Shown here one piece after another: positions 54,516 through 64,000 of a stretch of DNA of 64,000 nt. The notes under the pieces were generated by a model. That model saw nothing but the letters and a program-made list of their open reading frames with translations, searched no databases and had not been told where the DNA came from. The DNA comes from a bacterium (GTDB lineage Bacteria > Bacteroidota > Bacteroidia > Bacteroidales > Bacteroidaceae): positions 522 to 64,521 of the forward strand of contig CAVKYH010000006.1 in assembly GCA_963660485.1 (NCBI GenBank). Reading direction: 5' to 3'. Position 1 is the first letter of the stretch. Every line of letters begins with the position of its first letter. Made by a program: the position numbers and the translations under genes.

Positions 54516-56759
54516 TCAACTGATTCTCACCGCCTTTACGATACCTTTGATGCCGAGAAGCGAATTGCAGATTTGCTTCACGTCTGCTGTGTCGTGGAGA
54601 TTGATTGTAATCTCGCTCTCAAAGATACCCGCATCTGTGGTTACCGACAATTTTTTGATGTCGAGATTAAGTTGTTTGTAGATTACCTCGCTAATTGCCA
54701 TCAATATACCCTGCACGTCAATGCCTTTCACATAAATAGTGGCAGGATAGAGATTTATATGGTGCATTTGCCAATCCACAGCCACCACTCTATTGCCGTA
54801 GTTGCTCTTTAACTTTTCAGCCACAGGGCAGTCGCGACGGTGGATAACAAACTCGTTCGACGGGTCGATGTATCCCAGCGCGTCGTCTCCCGGAATAGGG
54901 TGGCAACATTCGGCTATCTTGCAATGCTTGATAGAGTCCTCGTTGAGCATAAACGTCTTTTTTCGGTCTATGCCCTCGATAAACACCTTTTTTATATCGC
55001 TGTTTTCGGCAGATTTGGGTTTGCTGCTGATAAATGGTATAAATTTTCTCCACGACGAAGTCTTTCGTTGCCTTCCTTGTATGAAATCGGCATCGGAATC
55101 ATTGAGAGTGATGCTCTTTTCGCCGAGCGCAAGAAACAGTCCGTCGCGTGTAGGAATTTCGTGGAAACGGCAAAGTTTGTCGATAACGGCGCTGTTGATT
55201 TCAATGTCTTTCTCTTTGAGAAACGCGCGCAGTATTTCTTCGCCCTGCGCCCGTTTCTCGCGTTCGTCGCGGCGCAAAAGGGCGCGTATCTTGCCTTTGG
55301 CCTTTGCCGTGTTGGCATATTGTATCCACTCGGGCTGCACATGCTGCGAACGCGAAGTGAGAATTTCCACCTGATCTCCGCTTTGCAGTTTATGACTGAG
55401 CGGCACAAGTTTATGGTTTACCTTTGCACCGATACAATGACTGCCCAAGAACGAATGTATTGAGAACGCAAAATCAAGAGCAGTGGAGCCCGCCGGCATA
55501 GTCTTGATTTCGCCCTTGGGAGTAAATATCAGAATTTCGTTTGCAAAAAGGTTCAACTTTATGGTATCAAGGAAATCAAGAGTGTCGGGCTGTGGGTCGT
55601 CAAGGATTTCCTTTATCGTATGAAGCCACTTCGACAATTCGTCATCGCTATACTCTTCGCCCGGCGCCTTGTACTTCCAATGGGCTGCCACTCCCTGTTC
55701 GTCGATATCGTCCATGCGTTTGGAGCGAATCTGAACCTCTATCCATTCGCCCCGGTTGCTCATCAGCGTAACGTGGAGCGCCTGGTATCCGTTTGCCTTG
55801 GGGTGGGAAATCCAGTCGCGCAGACGGTCGGGCTGCGGTTTATATATCCCGCAAAGAGCAACATAGATATTGAAACACTCGCTCACCTCCTTGTCGGCCG
55901 CAGTAGGCTCAAAAACGATACGTATAGCCAGAATGTCGTAAATTTCTTCGAAAGTTATGTGCTTGTTCTGCATCTTCTGCCAAATGGAATAGGGCGTTTT
56001 GATGCGGGCAAGTATATGGTATTTCAGTCCGCTCTTGTCGAGCGACTGACGTATGGGCGCAGTAAATTCATTGAAGATTTCTTCGCGCTCCGCCTGCGTT
56101 TTGGCAAGTTTCGACTTGATTTCCTCGTATTCCTGCGGGTGCTCGTAATGAAAACTAAGGTCTTCAAGCTCCATTTTAATCTTGTTCAATCCCAGACGGT
56201 CGGCAAGCGGCGCATATATATAGAGCGTTTCGCCGGCAACCTTGTATTGCTTGCGTGGGAGCATGGAGCTAAGAGTGCGCATATTGTGAAGGCGATCGGC
56301 AATCTTGATTAGAATCACGCGGATATCGTCGCTCATCGTTAGCAGGAGCTTTTTGAATGTCTCGGCCTGCAACGATGCACGTTCGCCAAAGATTCCCCCC
56401 GAAATTTTGGTGAGTCCCTCTACGATGTTTGCCACCTTTGCCCCGAAAAGATTGGATATATCCTCGTTGGTATAGTCGGTATCCTCTTCTACATCATGAA
56501 GAAGCGCTGCGCAAATAGACGTAGAGCCCAACCCAATCTCTTCACAAACAATCTGCGCCACAGCAATTGGGTGCATTATATACGGTTCACCCGAAAGACG
56601 ACGCACACCGCTATGGGCTTTCTTGGCAAAATTGAAAGCCTTGGTGATTACATCAACTTTCTTGCGGTGGTTGGAAGCGAGATACGTGTCGAGCAAATGA
56701 CGGAATGCGTCATTTATCATCTGTTCGTCTTTTTCTGAATTTGGGGGAACGGGAGTCAT
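54516..56759 (-). CDS. relA: bifunctional (p)ppGpp synthetase/hydrolase (RelA/SpoT homologue)
   Basis: 747 aa. HD hydrolase domain (HDVEEDT), RelA/SpoT synthetase domain (YQALHVTL), TGS and C-terminal ACT-like domains. Confidence 0.92.
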   Translation of the reverse strand: MTPVPPNSEKDEQMINDAFRHLLDTYLASNHRKKVDVITKAFNFAKKAHSGVRRLSGEPYIMHPIAVAQIVCEEIGLGSTSICAALLHDVEEDTDYTNEDISNLFGAKVANIVEGLTKISGGIFGERASLQAETFKKLLLTMSDDIRVILIKIADRLHNMRTLSSMLPRKQYKVAGETLYIYAPLADRLGLNKIKMELEDLSFHYEHPQEYEEIKSKLAKTQAEREEIFNEFTAPIRQSLDKSGLKYHILARIKTPYSIWQKMQNKHITFEEIYDILAIRIVFEPTAADKEVSECFNIYVALCGIYKPQPDRLRDWISHPKANGYQALHVTLMSNRGEWIEVQIRSKRMDDIDEQGVAAHWKYKAPGEEYSDDELSKWLHTIKEILDDPQPDTLDFLDTIKLNLFANEILIFTPKGEIKTMPAGSTALDFAFSIHSFLGSHCIGAKVNHKLVPLSHKLQSGDQVEILTSRSQHVQPEWIQYANTAKAKGKIRALLRRDEREKRAQGEEILRAFLKEKDIEINSAVIDKLCRFHEIPTRDGLFLALGEKSITLNDSDADFIQGRQRKTSSWRKFIPFISSKPKSAENSDIKKVFIEGIDRKKTFMLNEDSIKHCKIAECCHPIPGDDALGYIDPSNEFVIHRRDCPVAEKLKSNYGNRVVAVDWQMHHINLYPATIYVKGIDVQGILMAISEVIYKQLNLDIKKLSVTTDAGIFESEITINLHDTADVKQICNSLLGIKGIVKAVRIS

Positions 56760-56766
56760 GACTATC

Positions 56767-58080
56767 TTATTTAACTTTCAATTTTTTGCCTGCGCGAATG
56801 TTGGAACCCTTAATATTATTGAGTCTGCGAAGTTTGCTAACAGTTGTTCCATATTTCTCGGCAATTTCCGAAAGAGTCTGCCCGCTTTTTATCGTTACGC
56901 TCTTGCCGCGCGAACGTCTCGAACGGCGCGAACTGTTGCGGCGTGAACTTGAATAACTCTTGCTGGCAGTTGTAGTCTGCTTGTTCAATTCGCTTTCATC
57001 TACGTCCACAGTCCTACGTTTTGTGAGAAGTTCGCTACTGCGATAGTTGTAGAGCGAATCACCCATGTCAACGAATTTCAACGCAGCCTCGGAGGGCAGA
57101 CGAAGCACACAGTCGTAAGAATTTCCAGGGATTACAGACGTTTTGTATTGGGGATTGAATGCTTTTAACTGCGACATGTCCACACCGCAAACCGATGAAA
57201 TCTGCTCAAAATGGAGATCTTTTCGAACAACCACCGTATCGCTCGCATCCATAAGCTTTGCACGCATCGGACAAATGTTATGCTCGCAATAATAAGCCAT
57301 CACATAATTCGCAGCTATGAACGCCGGAACATAACCACGCGTCTCTTTGGGAAGATATGGGTAAATAGTCCAATAATCCTTGCTTCCTCCGGCACGATGA
57401 ATGGCTTTGTTAAGCGAACTCGGGCCGCAATTATAAGCAGCAATCACAAGATTCCAATCGCCATACACTTTGTAAAGATCGCTTAGGTATTGTGCCGCAG
57501 CAAATGTGGCTTTAATCGGATCACGACGCTCGTCAACAAGACTGTTAATCTTCAAATCATAACGTTTTGCCGTTGCCAGCATAAATTGCCAAAGTCCCGT
57601 TGCACCTTTGCGGCTTACAGCAGAGGGATCAAGCGCACTCTCTATCACGGGAAGGTATTTCAATTCGAGCGGAAGGTTATATAATGCCAACGCCTCCTCG
57701 AAAATCGGAATATAGAAGTTTGACGCGCCGAGCATATACGACACAGAATGCCGCAGACGCCCTGTGTATTGATCAATAAACTTCCTTACAATATTATTAT
57801 ATGGCATTTCCATAATGGAAGGAATGCGCGAAAGTCTGTCAATGTATATACTGTCGGAAAAAACAGGGTTTACGTCTTGCATATTACAGTTGGTGTCGGC
57901 TTCAAGATACTGTGCCGCGTTCCATTGCTGCAAGAGAGTGTCGATATCAAGAGACATTGATTCCGGCATCTCTATTTCCTCGTCTTTTCCAGTCTTTTCG
58001 TCGTGAACGGTAATGTCGTTTTGCGCCTTGACGCCCATTGCCGTCAGGAGCATGATTGCTATTATATATATTTTCTTCAT
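56767..58080 (-). CDS. MltD-like lytic transglycosylase with C-terminal LysM domain
   Basis: 437 aa. Signal peptide, SLT block (ESALDPSAVSRKGATGLWQF) and LysM (VTIKSGQTLSEIAEKYGTTVSKLRRLNNI). Confidence 0.85.
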   Translation of the reverse strand: MKKIYIIAIMLLTAMGVKAQNDITVHDEKTGKDEEIEMPESMSLDIDTLLQQWNAAQYLEADTNCNMQDVNPVFSDSIYIDRLSRIPSIMEMPYNNIVRKFIDQYTGRLRHSVSYMLGASNFYIPIFEEALALYNLPLELKYLPVIESALDPSAVSRKGATGLWQFMLATAKRYDLKINSLVDERRDPIKATFAAAQYLSDLYKVYGDWNLVIAAYNCGPSSLNKAIHRAGGSKDYWTIYPYLPKETRGYVPAFIAANYVMAYYCEHNICPMRAKLMDASDTVVVRKDLHFEQISSVCGVDMSQLKAFNPQYKTSVIPGNSYDCVLRLPSEAALKFVDMGDSLYNYRSSELLTKRRTVDVDESELNKQTTTASKSYSSSRRNSSRRSRRSRGKSVTIKSGQTLSEIAEKYGTTVSKLRRLNNIKGSNIRAGKKLKVK

Positions 58081-58090
58081 AATCTTTGTC

Positions 58091-58867
58091 TTAGAAATTC
58101 AAGCCGCAGCCAATTCCTACGGCAGCAGAATTTTTACTGTTGTGCACGGGAATCACAGTTGGCTTCACGTTAAGACTAAGGTCCTTTGAAATGTCAAACT
58201 GTGAGAGTTGTGCATCTACATATGCGTCAATGACCGACAGAAGATAGACACCTACAAACGAGAATGCCGCATAGTCTCTCCACCGTCGGTAACGGTCTTT
58301 TTTATTCTTGAATATTGTTTTAAATCTATCCTCCAATCCTGTAATATCATAGTTTGGCGGCAGCATATTGGTGTAGCTGTGCGTGTTTGGGTCATCGTCC
58401 ATGATATCTATATAGGCTTGGGAATAATCTTTATACATTTGCTGGTTCCACATCAAGGCGTAAGTGCAGCCAAGAAAGCCTCCGTAGAAAATCGGCAGCT
58501 TCCAATATTTTCTGTTGTAGATTTGTCCGGCTCCGGGAATCACGAGTGCGAGCCAAAGGGCGCGTTTGGGATCGGGCACGAACTTCGGTTTTGGAAGTTT
58601 GCGTTTCAACGCTCCTTTCATAACCGAATCCACTTGCTGTACAATCTTTGTAGAATCATCTGCAAGGGACGCTGCTGTTTTTTCAGCGGCATTTTCTATA
58701 GAATCCCTTTGTTCGATTTTCGGCAATACGCTGTCGGAAAGTATCGGAAGTGTACATGCCGTAGCACTGTCGGCAAGGAAAACGCATAGCACAAGAATTG
58801 CTGCCAGCACGATATTTCGCGGGCAGCAAGTAATTCCGTTTGCCGATGTGTTGAAATTGGTTCTCAC
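58091..58867 (-). CDS. membrane protein (DUF5683-like) downstream of parB
   Basis: 258 aa. 4-nt overlap with the parB stop. Hydrophobic segments and a GAGQIYNRKYWKLP block. The family name is from memory. Confidence 0.55.
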   Translation of the reverse strand: MRTNFNTSANGITCCPRNIVLAAILVLCVFLADSATACTLPILSDSVLPKIEQRDSIENAAEKTAASLADDSTKIVQQVDSVMKGALKRKLPKPKFVPDPKRALWLALVIPGAGQIYNRKYWKLPIFYGGFLGCTYALMWNQQMYKDYSQAYIDIMDDDPNTHSYTNMLPPNYDITGLEDRFKTIFKNKKDRYRRWRDYAAFSFVGVYLLSVIDAYVDAQLSQFDISKDLSLNVKPTVIPVHNSKNSAAVGIGCGLNF

Positions 58868-59757
58868 TTACCTTTGTCGAGCATAGCGATTATCCGTTCC
58901 ATCTCTTCCTGATTACGAAACGGGATAGTGATTTTACCTTTTCCCTGCGGCGAACAGGTCATCTTTACTTTTGTTCCGAAATGGTCTGACAAGTGTTTCT
59001 GCAAAGCGTTGTATTCTTCGTTGTTGTCCTTGTCCCGGCGTGCGCGAATGCGTTTGCCGCCATTGTTAACGTCTTCTCCGCTGTTAAGACGGTTTACAAT
59101 TTCTTCCACCTTTCTCACCGAGAGTCCCTGGCTCTTTATCTCTTCAAACACACGCAACTGTGTGGCGGCGCTAGGCAGTCCCAGCAATGCGCGGGCGTGT
59201 CCCTGGTCGATTACCTTGTTTTTCAAAGCCATTTGCACGGGAGCGGGTAGTTTCAGAAGCCGTAGATAATTGGTTACAGTGGCACGTTTTTTACCCACTT
59301 TCTCGGAGAGTTCTTCTTGTTTCAGTCCGTATTGTTCAATAAGTCCCTGATAAGCGAGCGCAATCTCTATGGGGTTGAGGTCTTCGCGCTGAATGTTTTC
59401 CACGAGAGCCATTTGCATGGTCTTCTCATCGTCGGCGGTGCGTATATATGCCGGCACGGATTTCAGTCCAGCCCTTTGCGCGGCTCTCCATCGGCGTTCT
59501 CCCGCAATAATCTGGTATGAGCCGTCGCCCATGTTTCTCAGCGTAACGGGCTGCACTATTCCCAATTCCCTGATAGAGTCAGCAAGTTCATCGAGCGACT
59601 GTTCGCTAAAATCTCGCCTTGGCTGGTTGGGGTTGGGAACGATAAGATTTACGGCTATCTCGCCTATCGACGAACTGCCCGACGTTTTCACTTCGCCGGT
59701 AGTTATCAGCGCGTCGAGTCCGCGGCCCAATGCTTGATATTTTTTCTGTACTGCCAT
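58864..59757 (-). CDS. parB: chromosome partitioning protein ParB/Spo0J
   Basis: 297 aa. GRGLDALI, the ParB box IVPNPNQPRRDF and an HTH (EELSEKVGKKRATVTNYLRLL). Confidence 0.9.
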   Translation of the reverse strand: MAVQKKYQALGRGLDALITTGEVKTSGSSSIGEIAVNLIVPNPNQPRRDFSEQSLDELADSIRELGIVQPVTLRNMGDGSYQIIAGERRWRAAQRAGLKSVPAYIRTADDEKTMQMALVENIQREDLNPIEIALAYQGLIEQYGLKQEELSEKVGKKRATVTNYLRLLKLPAPVQMALKNKVIDQGHARALLGLPSAATQLRVFEEIKSQGLSVRKVEEIVNRLNSGEDVNNGGKRIRARRDKDNNEEYNALQKHLSDHFGTKVKMTCSPQGKGKITIPFRNQEEMERIIAMLDKGK

Positions 59758-59790
59758 AGATTTCTTGTTTGGAAAACTTATACGTCCCTT

Positions 59791-60558
59791 TTATTTTCTG
59801 TCTTTCTCAATCACATCGCGCGCGAGTTCCAAGTAGCTTTTCGCGCCTATTGATGTGGCATCGTATAGAATGGCCGGAACGCCGTGGCTCGGGGCTTCGC
59901 TCAATTTCACATTGCGCTGTATCACGGTTTTGAACACCAATTCCTGAAAATGTCGGCGCACCTCGTCGTTGATCTGGTTTGCAAGTCTCAGTCGGGAGTC
60001 GTACATCGTGAGCAGGAAGCCTTCGATTTCGAGTGCGGGGTTCAATTTTTTCTTGATTATCTTTATTGTATTGAGCAGTTTGCTTATTCCTTCGAGTGCA
60101 AAGTATTCGCATTGCACAGGAATAATCACGCTGTCGGAGGCAACGAGAGAATTCACCGTGATAAGTCCGAGCGACGGGCTGCAGTCTATCAGAATATAGT
60201 CGTATTCGGAGCGCAGCGGGTCGAGCACCTTTTTCATCAACTTTTCGCGGTTTTCAAAATTGAGCATCTCCACTTCCGCCCCCACAAGGTCGATGTGGCT
60301 CGGCAGAATGTCAAGCCCGTCGATATCTGTGGTGTAGATTGCCTCGTGAACGTCGGTATTGTTCACTATACACTCGTAGATAGAGCAATCCACCTTTCTC
60401 ACGTCAACGCCCAAACCCGACGAAGCATTTGCCTGAGGGTCTGCATCGACGAGCAGGACGGTTTTCTCCAAGGTGGCGAGCGATGCTGCAAGATTCATCG
60501 CCGTTGTGGTTTTTCCCACACCGCCTTTTTGATTTGCTAATGATATTATTTTTCCCAT
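59791..60558 (-). CDS. parA: chromosome partitioning ATPase ParA/Soj
   Basis: 255 aa. Deviant Walker A NQKGGVGKTTT. Confidence 0.92.
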   Translation of the reverse strand: MGKIISLANQKGGVGKTTTAMNLAASLATLEKTVLLVDADPQANASSGLGVDVRKVDCSIYECIVNNTDVHEAIYTTDIDGLDILPSHIDLVGAEVEMLNFENREKLMKKVLDPLRSEYDYILIDCSPSLGLITVNSLVASDSVIIPVQCEYFALEGISKLLNTIKIIKKKLNPALEIEGFLLTMYDSRLRLANQINDEVRRHFQELVFKTVIQRNVKLSEAPSHGVPAILYDATSIGAKSYLELARDVIEKDRK

Positions 60559-60592
60559 ATTAAATGCTATCAGCCATAAGGCTGTGAGTATG

Positions 60593-60600
60593 CAAAAATA
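60593..60600 (-). promoter_or_regulatory. candidate -7 box for parA-parB
   Basis: + strand caaaaata = TATTTTTG on the minus strand, 35 nt upstream of ATG 60558. Confidence 0.45.
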
Positions 60601-60828
60601 AAAAAAATCTTGCAGTCCCCAATCCTCTGCAGTGCTAAATAAACAAAAGGCGCTCCGTAATAATTATGAATTAACAATTTCTACACACCACGAAGCGGAA
60701 TTTGAAACACATGCCCACCGCTGTTGCCGTTTGCCGCATTCCGCCGGCACAAGACGGGATATCTGCCCCCGAAAAAGCGTTTTGGGAAGACCGAAACATG
60801 ATATTGATTTTCACAAGGTTAGAAACGT

Positions 60829-60919
60829 GAAAACGACAAGGCATTTCGTTTAAATTACAAGCCATATTGTTTAAATTATGTCTGACATTGTTTTCGCGAT
60901 ATCCGACATTGCAAAAACA
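60829..60919. repeat. 21-nt modular repeat, copy 18 (degenerate, chimeric)
   Basis: GAAAACG ACAAGGCATTTCGTTTAAATT ACAAGCCATATTGTTTAAATT ATGTCTGACATTGTTTTCGCG ATATCCGACATTGCAAAAACA. Confidence 0.8.
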
Positions 60920-60958
60920 GCGTCTCGCAGCATGCTCCAAACTGTCGGGGGAAAAATG

Positions 60959-60966
60959 TATCTTTG
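60959..60966 (+). promoter_or_regulatory. candidate -7 box for surE-lpxB
   Basis: TATCTTTG, 22 nt upstream of ATG 60988. Confidence 0.5.
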
Positions 60967-60987
60967 CATATAATTTTCAACAAATCA

Positions 60988-61761
60988 ATGAACAGTCAGC
61001 GCAAACTCATACTTATTTCAAACGACGACGGATACCTCGCGCCGGGAATCAACTTGCTAATAAAATGGCTGCGGCCATTGGCCGACCTTGTAGTGGTAGC
61101 CCCCGAAAGCGGACGCTCGGGAGCGGCATGTTCCATTACATCGGCTGTGCCCGTTACCGTCTCGGAAATTCGGAGTGAGGAAGGGCTTAAAATATACGCC
61201 TGCTCCGGCACCCCTACCGACTGTGTGAAACTGGCCTTGCACGACATCGTTCCGCGCCGTCCCGACCTCGTGGTGGGCGGAATAAACCACGGCGACAACG
61301 CATCAATCAACGTTCACTATTCGGGCACACTCGGAGTAGCAATAGAGGGCGCGCTCCACAAAATCAAGGCAGTGGCGTTTTCTTCGTGCAACCACGACAT
61401 AAAAGCCGACCTTTCGGCGCTGAAGCCATACGTTGTGGAAATCACCCAAGCGGCTCTTGAAAACACGATGCCCGAGTTCACTTGTCTCAACGTCAACTTC
61501 CCCGCCCTACCCTCGTTCAACGGCGTGAAGATATGCCGCATGTGCCATAGCCAATGGCTCAACGAATTCAGAAGATGCGATGTAGAAAACTGCGGCACCT
61601 ATTATTTTCTCACCGGCAACTGGACAAACACGGAACCGCAAAGCACCGACACCGACAGCTATGCGCTAGAGCACGGATTTGTGGCCATCACACCCACACA
61701 GATTGACGTTACCGCCCAAAATCTCTTTGACGAAATTAAAAACTGGAACATAGAACGATGA
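60988..61761 (+). CDS. surE: 5'/3'-nucleotidase SurE
   Basis: Start set at ATG 60988 (MNSQRKLILISNDDGY..), because the track start 60964 lies inside the -7 box. SurE blocks SNDDG and GINHGDN. Confidence 0.9.
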   Translation: MNSQRKLILISNDDGYLAPGINLLIKWLRPLADLVVVAPESGRSGAACSITSAVPVTVSEIRSEEGLKIYACSGTPTDCVKLALHDIVPRRPDLVVGGINHGDNASINVHYSGTLGVAIEGALHKIKAVAFSSCNHDIKADLSALKPYVVEITQAALENTMPEFTCLNVNFPALPSFNGVKICRMCHSQWLNEFRRCDVENCGTYYFLTGNWTNTEPQSTDTDSYALEHGFVAITPTQIDVTAQNLFDEIKNWNIER

Positions 61762-62933
61762 AATATTTCCTGATAGCCGGCGAAGCAAGCGGCGACATTC
61801 ACGCCGCAAACCTGATAAACGCCCTGCGCGAGCACGACGGAGAAGCTACATTCTACGCCTACGGCGGAGAACTAATGGAAGCCGCAGGAGCAAAAATGCT
61901 TTGCTACTATCGCGACATTGCTTATATGGGCGTGGTGAGCGTGGCAATGCATGCGCGGACCATTCTGAGAGCAATGAAACGCTGCAAGGAAGAAATCCTG
62001 TCGGTAAACCCCGACGTGGTGGTGCTTGTGGACTATCCGGGATTCAACCTCGCAATTGCGAAATACGTGAAAACCCACACGCAAATCCCCGTATTCTATT
62101 ACATATCGCCGAAGATTTGGGCTTGGCGCGAGAGCCGCATAAAACTGCTGCGGAACTATGTGGACGAAATCTTTTCGATTCTCCCCTTCGAGGTGGAATA
62201 TTTCAGCCGGCGAGGCATGAAGATACACTATGTAGGCAACCCAACGGTAGACGAAGTGGAGGAATTCCAACGCATTCACCTTGCCGACACAATGGAATCC
62301 TTTGCCGAAGAAAACAACCTGAACCCTGCAAAAAAGATAATAGCCATACTTGCCGGCAGCCGCAAACAAGAAATAAACTACAACCTTTGGAAAATGTGCA
62401 CCGCGGCACAAAAGCTCACCCGCAAAGGATATCAACTGGTTATTGCGGGCGCGCCGAATATCGACACGGCCTTGTATCACAAAAACATTCCGGCAGAAAT
62501 GCTGCGCAAGGGCACCGTGAAACTCGTATTCGGCAAAACATATTCACTACTCTCCTTTGCGTCGGCAGCACTCGTAACCTCGGGCACAGCAACCCTCGAA
62601 ACAGCATTGTTCAGAGTGCCGCAAGTGGTTTGCTACTACATTCCCATGGGAAAAACAGTCTCTTTCCTGCGAAAAAAACTGCTCAAAGTGAAATACATAT
62701 CCCTCGTGAACCTAATTGCAGGGCGCGAAGTGGTGAAAGAACTCGTTGCCGACGGAATGAACGTGGAAAACGTAAGCACGGAATTGGAGAAAATCACATT
62801 TTCCGACAGTTGTCGCAACGAAATGTTCAAAGGATATACCGAACTTTCAGGCATTCTCGGCGGAGCTGGTGCCTCGGCAAACGCCGCAAAAGAGATTACG
62901 GAATGCCTGCAACAGCGAATGACTGAAAAATAA
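61758..62933 (+). CDS. lpxB: lipid-A-disaccharide synthase
   Basis: 391 aa. MKYFLIAGEASGDIHAANL.. is a typical LpxB N-terminus. ATGA overlap with the surE stop. Confidence 0.9.
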   Translation: MKYFLIAGEASGDIHAANLINALREHDGEATFYAYGGELMEAAGAKMLCYYRDIAYMGVVSVAMHARTILRAMKRCKEEILSVNPDVVVLVDYPGFNLAIAKYVKTHTQIPVFYYISPKIWAWRESRIKLLRNYVDEIFSILPFEVEYFSRRGMKIHYVGNPTVDEVEEFQRIHLADTMESFAEENNLNPAKKIIAILAGSRKQEINYNLWKMCTAAQKLTRKGYQLVIAGAPNIDTALYHKNIPAEMLRKGTVKLVFGKTYSLLSFASAALVTSGTATLETALFRVPQVVCYYIPMGKTVSFLRKKLLKVKYISLVNLIAGREVVKELVADGMNVENVSTELEKITFSDSCRNEMFKGYTELSGILGGAGASANAAKEITECLQQRMTEK

Positions 62934-63025
62934 ACCGCCGCAGATTTTTTATTTCCCCACAATTCCAGTTTACTTCCACACGCTTCTTGTTTTCACCACA
63001 CGCAAAAAACCCACTTCCTCACGCT

Positions 63026-63116
63026 AAAAAAAACGACAAGGCATCTCGTAAAAACTGCAAGCCATGTAATTTAAATTCCAAGGCATCTAATTCAAATTAC
63101 ATGGCCCGGAATTTTG
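63026..63116. repeat. 21-nt modular repeat, copy 19 (T-variant-C-B'variant)
   Basis: AAAAAAACG ACAAGGCATCTCGTAAAAACT GCAAGCCATGTAATTTAAATT CCAAGGCATCTAATTCAAATT ACATGGCCCGGAATTTTGCCC. Confidence 0.88.
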
Positions 63117-63175
63117 CCCCAAACAAACATACTGAAAATCAGAAGCCTACAAAAGCCGTTTTTAGCAGTAAAAAC

Positions 63176-63209
63176 AGCAAAAACAAAGGGTTCTGCTTTT
63201 GCAAAACCC
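63176..63209 (-). terminator. rho-independent terminator after the exonuclease gene
   Basis: Minus strand: GGGTTTTGC-AAAA-GCAGAACCC (one mismatch) followed by TTTGTTTTTGC. Confidence 0.5.
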
Positions 63210-63235
63210 ATGGCATGAAAAACGCCGTCGCTTTC

Positions 63236-63730
63236 CTACAAAATTTTCCTGGCTATTTCGGCACAAGCCTCAGCATCGGCAAGAGCATTATGGTGATTGG
63301 CAAGAACGTAGCCGCATGCCGCAGCCACGGTTTGCAGTTGATGATTTGACAAGGTGCGCCCGAATTTTCGCCTTGAAGCGCGCAGAGTGCAACAAAAACG
63401 GTAACCGGGATATTTCATATCATATCTTTCAAAAACAGCCTTGAGGCAACTTTCGTCAAACCTGCTGTTGTGAGCCACAAACGGCAGCCCCGCCACACGA
63501 GGCGCGACCTCAGCCCAAACTTCGGGGAAAACCGCCGCATCATCTGTGTCGTCATTCGTAAGCCCATGCACGGAAGTACAAAAATGCGAATAGAAATTTG
63601 GCGAAGGCTTGATAAGTTTGTAAAACTTGTCCACCACCTCGCCGCCACGAACCACAACAACGCCCACACTACAGACACTCGAACGACATTGATTGGCCGT
63701 TTCAAAATCTATTGCCGCAAAATCCGTCAT
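63236..63730 (-). CDS. DEDDh-type 3'-5' exonuclease (DnaQ/epsilon-like domain protein)
   Basis: Start set at ATG 63730 (MTDFAAIDFETAN, Exo I). Exo II is FVAHNSRFDESCL and Exo III is HNALADAEACAEI. Confidence 0.75.
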   Translation of the reverse strand: MTDFAAIDFETANQCRSSVCSVGVVVVRGGEVVDKFYKLIKPSPNFYSHFCTSVHGLTNDDTDDAAVFPEVWAEVAPRVAGLPFVAHNSRFDESCLKAVFERYDMKYPGYRFCCTLRASRRKFGRTLSNHQLQTVAAACGYVLANHHNALADAEACAEIARKIL

Positions 63731-63744
63731 ACGTCCCCCTAAAA

Positions 63745-64000
63745 CTATTTCTTCACAAAACTCTCGTCGGCAACAAGGCTTCCGGCATGAATGAAAACGC
63801 GATGACGCCCGGCAGGAATAGTACTGACACAGAATTTCACGCACCCGTCAACCACATAATCGGACGCAAGAAAAAAAGCATTGTTTCCATAAATTTTTAT
63901 CTGGCAAAACTCGTCTTCGCAATCGGGCAAAAGTATCGTGATAGTGTCGGTTACCGGAGTAACGACATAGTTTGTTTTAGCCACACCGCTTTTCAAGGCG
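63745..64000 (-). CDS. hypothetical protein, probably truncated by the right window edge
   Basis: The frame is open to the window end. The track start at 63996 is a non-ATG codon. No recognisable motif. Confidence 0.3.
   Translation of the reverse strand, partial: ALKSGVAKTNYVVTPVTDTITILLPDCEDEFCQIKIYGNNAFFLASDYVVDGCVKFCVSTIPAGRHRVFIHAGSLVADESFVKK

Noticed and set aside
58864-60558. parA-parB as evidence of a plasmid or integrative element boundary
   Set aside because: They sit in what I recall (from memory, not checked here) as the conserved chromosomal Bacteroidota string parA-parB-DUF5683-like-MltD-relA/spoT. surE-lpxB lies on the other side, and there are no replication, conjugation or integrase genes.

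Overview
This is a chromosomal, mostly housekeeping segment with Bacteroidales/Bacteroidota hallmarks. These include a fused lpxC-fabZ inside an lpxD-lpxC/fabZ-lpxA cluster, and TAnnTTTG -7 boxes 20-40 nt upstream of many start codons. There is also a PorX-type receiver-PglZ regulator, plus bamD/rpoZ-like/DUF4293-like/ssb and parA-parB-DUF5683-like-MltD-relA/spoT gene strings. I call 50 protein-coding regions and one tRNA-Pro(GGG), along with a set of rho-independent terminators and -7 promoter boxes. Two of the coding regions are cut by the window edges. Two are missing from the ORF track: an edge-truncated MFS gene at 1..768 and a 52-aa ORF. I see no transposase, integrase, phage gene, CRISPR-cas or recognisable defence gene. 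The main signal the gene models do not explain is a very dense family of modular, mostly intergenic repeats at 19 loci, totalling about 2 kb (about 3% of the window). Each locus is a short tandem array of 21-nt units, made of an 11-nt GC-rich word plus a 10-nt AT-rich linker, usually AATTTAAATT. The words come from a small vocabulary used in both orientations: A=CCGACGCATCT, B=CCGGGCCACCA, C=CCAAGGCATCT, D=AGGTCAGACCT, E=ATGTCTGACAT. The terminal unit is T=ACA(A/C)GGCATCT+CGTAAAAA, and a prime marks the reverse complement. Adjacent inverted words create perfect 32-nt palindromes. Because 21 nt equals 7 codons, arrays of these units preserve reading frame. One copy sits in frame inside an otherwise intact GH9 glycoside hydrolase gene. 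I do not recognise this family as a described element, and I cannot run a database search to confirm that. Secondary observations are listed in the findings. They include a T9 homopolymer that separates the best ATG start from the body of a membrane-anchored LuxR-type regulator, which is paired divergently with a 7TM AraC-type regulator across a 0.7-kb ORF-free AT-rich spacer. They also include an orphan minus-strand terminator suggesting an ORF-less transcript, a PurF-like protein with Gly in place of the catalytic Cys1, and a cluster of ATGACA/TGTCAT half-sites upstream of groES. All coordinates for repeats, promoters and terminators were read by eye and are approximate to a few nt.
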